Of a stretch of DNA of 34,337 nt, positions 33,026 through 34,337 are shown one piece after another (the first letter of the stretch is position 1; every line of letters begins with the position of its first letter). The notes below the pieces were generated by a model, which saw nothing but the letters and a program-made list of their open reading frames with translations, ran no database searches and was not told the DNA's origin. Position numbers and translations under genes: made by a program. The DNA is from an uncultured Candidatus Saccharibacteria bacterium (GTDB lineage: Bacteria > Patescibacteriota > Minisyncoccia > Phycocordibacterales > UBA9973), in the NCBI GenBank assembly GCA_964348775.1, contig CAYGDR010000001.1:1-34337 (forward strand), read 5' to 3'.

Positions 33026-33359
33026 GAAAGGCGCCATCGTCTTGGTGCCTTTCCCTTTTAGTGATTTATCCGGCTACAAGGCCAGGCCTGCTTTAGTCTT
33101 AGTGGTGAATAAAAAAGCCAGCCGAGTGATAGTTTCTTTTATCGGCAGCCGATTAGAAAAAATGGACAGAGATTTTGATGTCGTAATAAAAGAAAACCAT
33201 AAAGATTTCAGCCTTACTGGACTAAAAACCGCTTCGCTTGTTAAAACCGACAAAATAGCGTCGTTTTCATTTGAAATTTTGCACGGCATAATCGGCAAAT
33301 TATCCCAAGACATCTTGAAACAAATAGACAAAAAGCTGAAAAACATATTTCAAGTTTAA
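33000..33359 (+). CDS. Type II toxin, PemK/MazF family endoribonuclease
   Basis: 119 aa from the ATG at 33000 (MIAKYDSLKKGAIVLVPFPFSDLSGYKARPALVLV...). The tracked ORF start at 32961 would add 13 non-conserved residues. Confidence 0.75.
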   Translation: MIAKYDSLKKGAIVLVPFPFSDLSGYKARPALVLVVNKKASRVIVSFIGSRLEKMDRDFDVVIKENHKDFSLTGLKTASLVKTDKIASFSFEILHGIIGKLSQDILKQIDKKLKNIFQV

Positions 33360-33400
33360 ACTGGGTTCTTAATATATCATATATGATACGCTAAGAAAAA

Positions 33401-34318
33401 TCAGAGGCCAAGAGCGTAAAGCAGTATGGCCATGCGGACATACAGGCCGTTTTGGGCTTGCTTGAAATAGGCGGCGCGGGAATCATTGTCTACTTCCGGC
33501 TCAATTTCATTTATCTTCGGGAGCGGGTGCATGATAATCGCATTCGGTTTTAGCCTATTTAAATGCTCTTTCTTTAGAATAAAAAGGTCTTTTACTTTAT
33601 TGTATTCTTCCGCGGTTCCAAACCGCTCTTTCTGCACCCGAGTCATGTAAAGCACATCAAGGTCGGATAATTTTTCTTCCAAACTGTTCGATATTTCAAA
33701 AGAAATATTATTATTTTTAAGTTCTGCTAAAAAATCTTCCGAAAGCTCAAGTTCTTTCGGAGACATAAAATAAAATTTATTGCCTGGGAAAAACTTTACG
33801 AGAGGCATGAAAGAATGGAGGGTCCGGCTGTTTAAAAGGTCTCCGCCGAATCCAATATTTAAACCTTCGAGTTTGCCATGCTCTTTTTTGATGGTGTAAA
33901 GATCTAAAAATCCCTGTGATGGATGCTCGTTTGCGCCATCTCCCGCATTGATTATAGGCTCAGTCGCAACTTTGGACGCCTTAAAAGGCATACCTGGAGT
34001 AGGGTGGCGCATTACTACAATGTCTGCATAAGCACAAAGCATCTTTGTGGTATCCTCGATGGTCTCACCCTTATAAGTGGAAGTGTTTTCCATGGCATTC
34101 TCGGCGGTTATAACCTGAGCGCCCAATTTAAGCGCTGCTGTCTCAAATGAGAGCCTAGTTCGGGTGGATGGTTCGAAAAATATGCAGGCCACTATCTTGT
34201 CGGCTAAAAGTTTTTCAACCTTTCCCTCTGAGCACTGCTTTTCCATTTCGCCTGCACGAACCAATATTTTTTCGATAACTTCTTTTGTAAAATCTTTCGC
34301 GCTGATTACATGAGGCAT
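33401..34318 (-). CDS. pyrB: Aspartate carbamoyltransferase catalytic subunit
   Basis: 305 aa. FFEPSTRTRLSFE carbamoyl-phosphate motif, HPTPG-like region and the HPLPK motif. Confidence 0.92.
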   Translation of the reverse strand: MPHVISAKDFTKEVIEKILVRAGEMEKQCSEGKVEKLLADKIVACIFFEPSTRTRLSFETAALKLGAQVITAENAMENTSTYKGETIEDTTKMLCAYADIVVMRHPTPGMPFKASKVATEPIINAGDGANEHPSQGFLDLYTIKKEHGKLEGLNIGFGGDLLNSRTLHSFMPLVKFFPGNKFYFMSPKELELSEDFLAELKNNNISFEISNSLEEKLSDLDVLYMTRVQKERFGTAEEYNKVKDLFILKKEHLNRLKPNAIIMHPLPKINEIEPEVDNDSRAAYFKQAQNGLYVRMAILLYALGL

Positions 34319-34337
34319 AAATTTAATTTATATATTC

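Noticed and set aside
33375-33388. A 14-nt perfect AT-rich palindrome (TATCATATATGATA) between the convergent toxin and pyrB genes.
   Set aside because: A short, AT-only palindrome is expected by chance in AT-rich intergenic DNA, and it has no flanking terminator features.

Overview
This is a compact, roughly 40% GC bacterial fragment. Genes are short and tightly packed, mostly on the minus strand, many lack a Shine-Dalgarno sequence, and several have promoters abutting the ATG. By inference this fits a CPR/Patescibacteria-like genome.

The housekeeping content is argS, dut, tmk, glyA, rnhA, recJ, pgk, tpiA, nusA, ppa, tig and pyrB, plus two NUDIX genes, CYTH, HIT, an SOD-like gene and a split ComEC.

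The centre is a minus-strand type IV pilus operon. In transcription order it runs: three Cys/His-rich paralogs, pilB, pilC, then three prepilin-like genes and a PilX-like beta-helix protein.

A complete diversity-generating retroelement (DGR) sits inside this operon, between pilC and the pilin genes:
- a GC-rich 211-aa target gene carrying a C-terminal variable repeat (VR, about 20539..20655);
- a cognate template repeat (TR, about 20082..20198). In the 112-bp core, 17 of the 18 TR/VR differences fall on TR adenines, and the TR carries 7 AAC and 2 AAT codons;
- an Avd-like four-helix-bundle ORF on the opposite strand, with no canonical start codon and a C9 tract;
- a DGR-type reverse transcriptase (GNLTSQ and YADD motifs) whose stop lies 15 nt before the pilin start.

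Other notable items:
- a T-box leader with a textbook antiterminator/terminator at the left edge;
- a PaaX-like gene bracketed by 32-nt hairpin direct repeats;
- long inverted-repeat elements in the pilus-operon spacers;
- two further GC-rich single-gene islands;
- a YefM/MazF toxin-antitoxin pair.

I recognised no rRNA, tRNA or CRISPR array.
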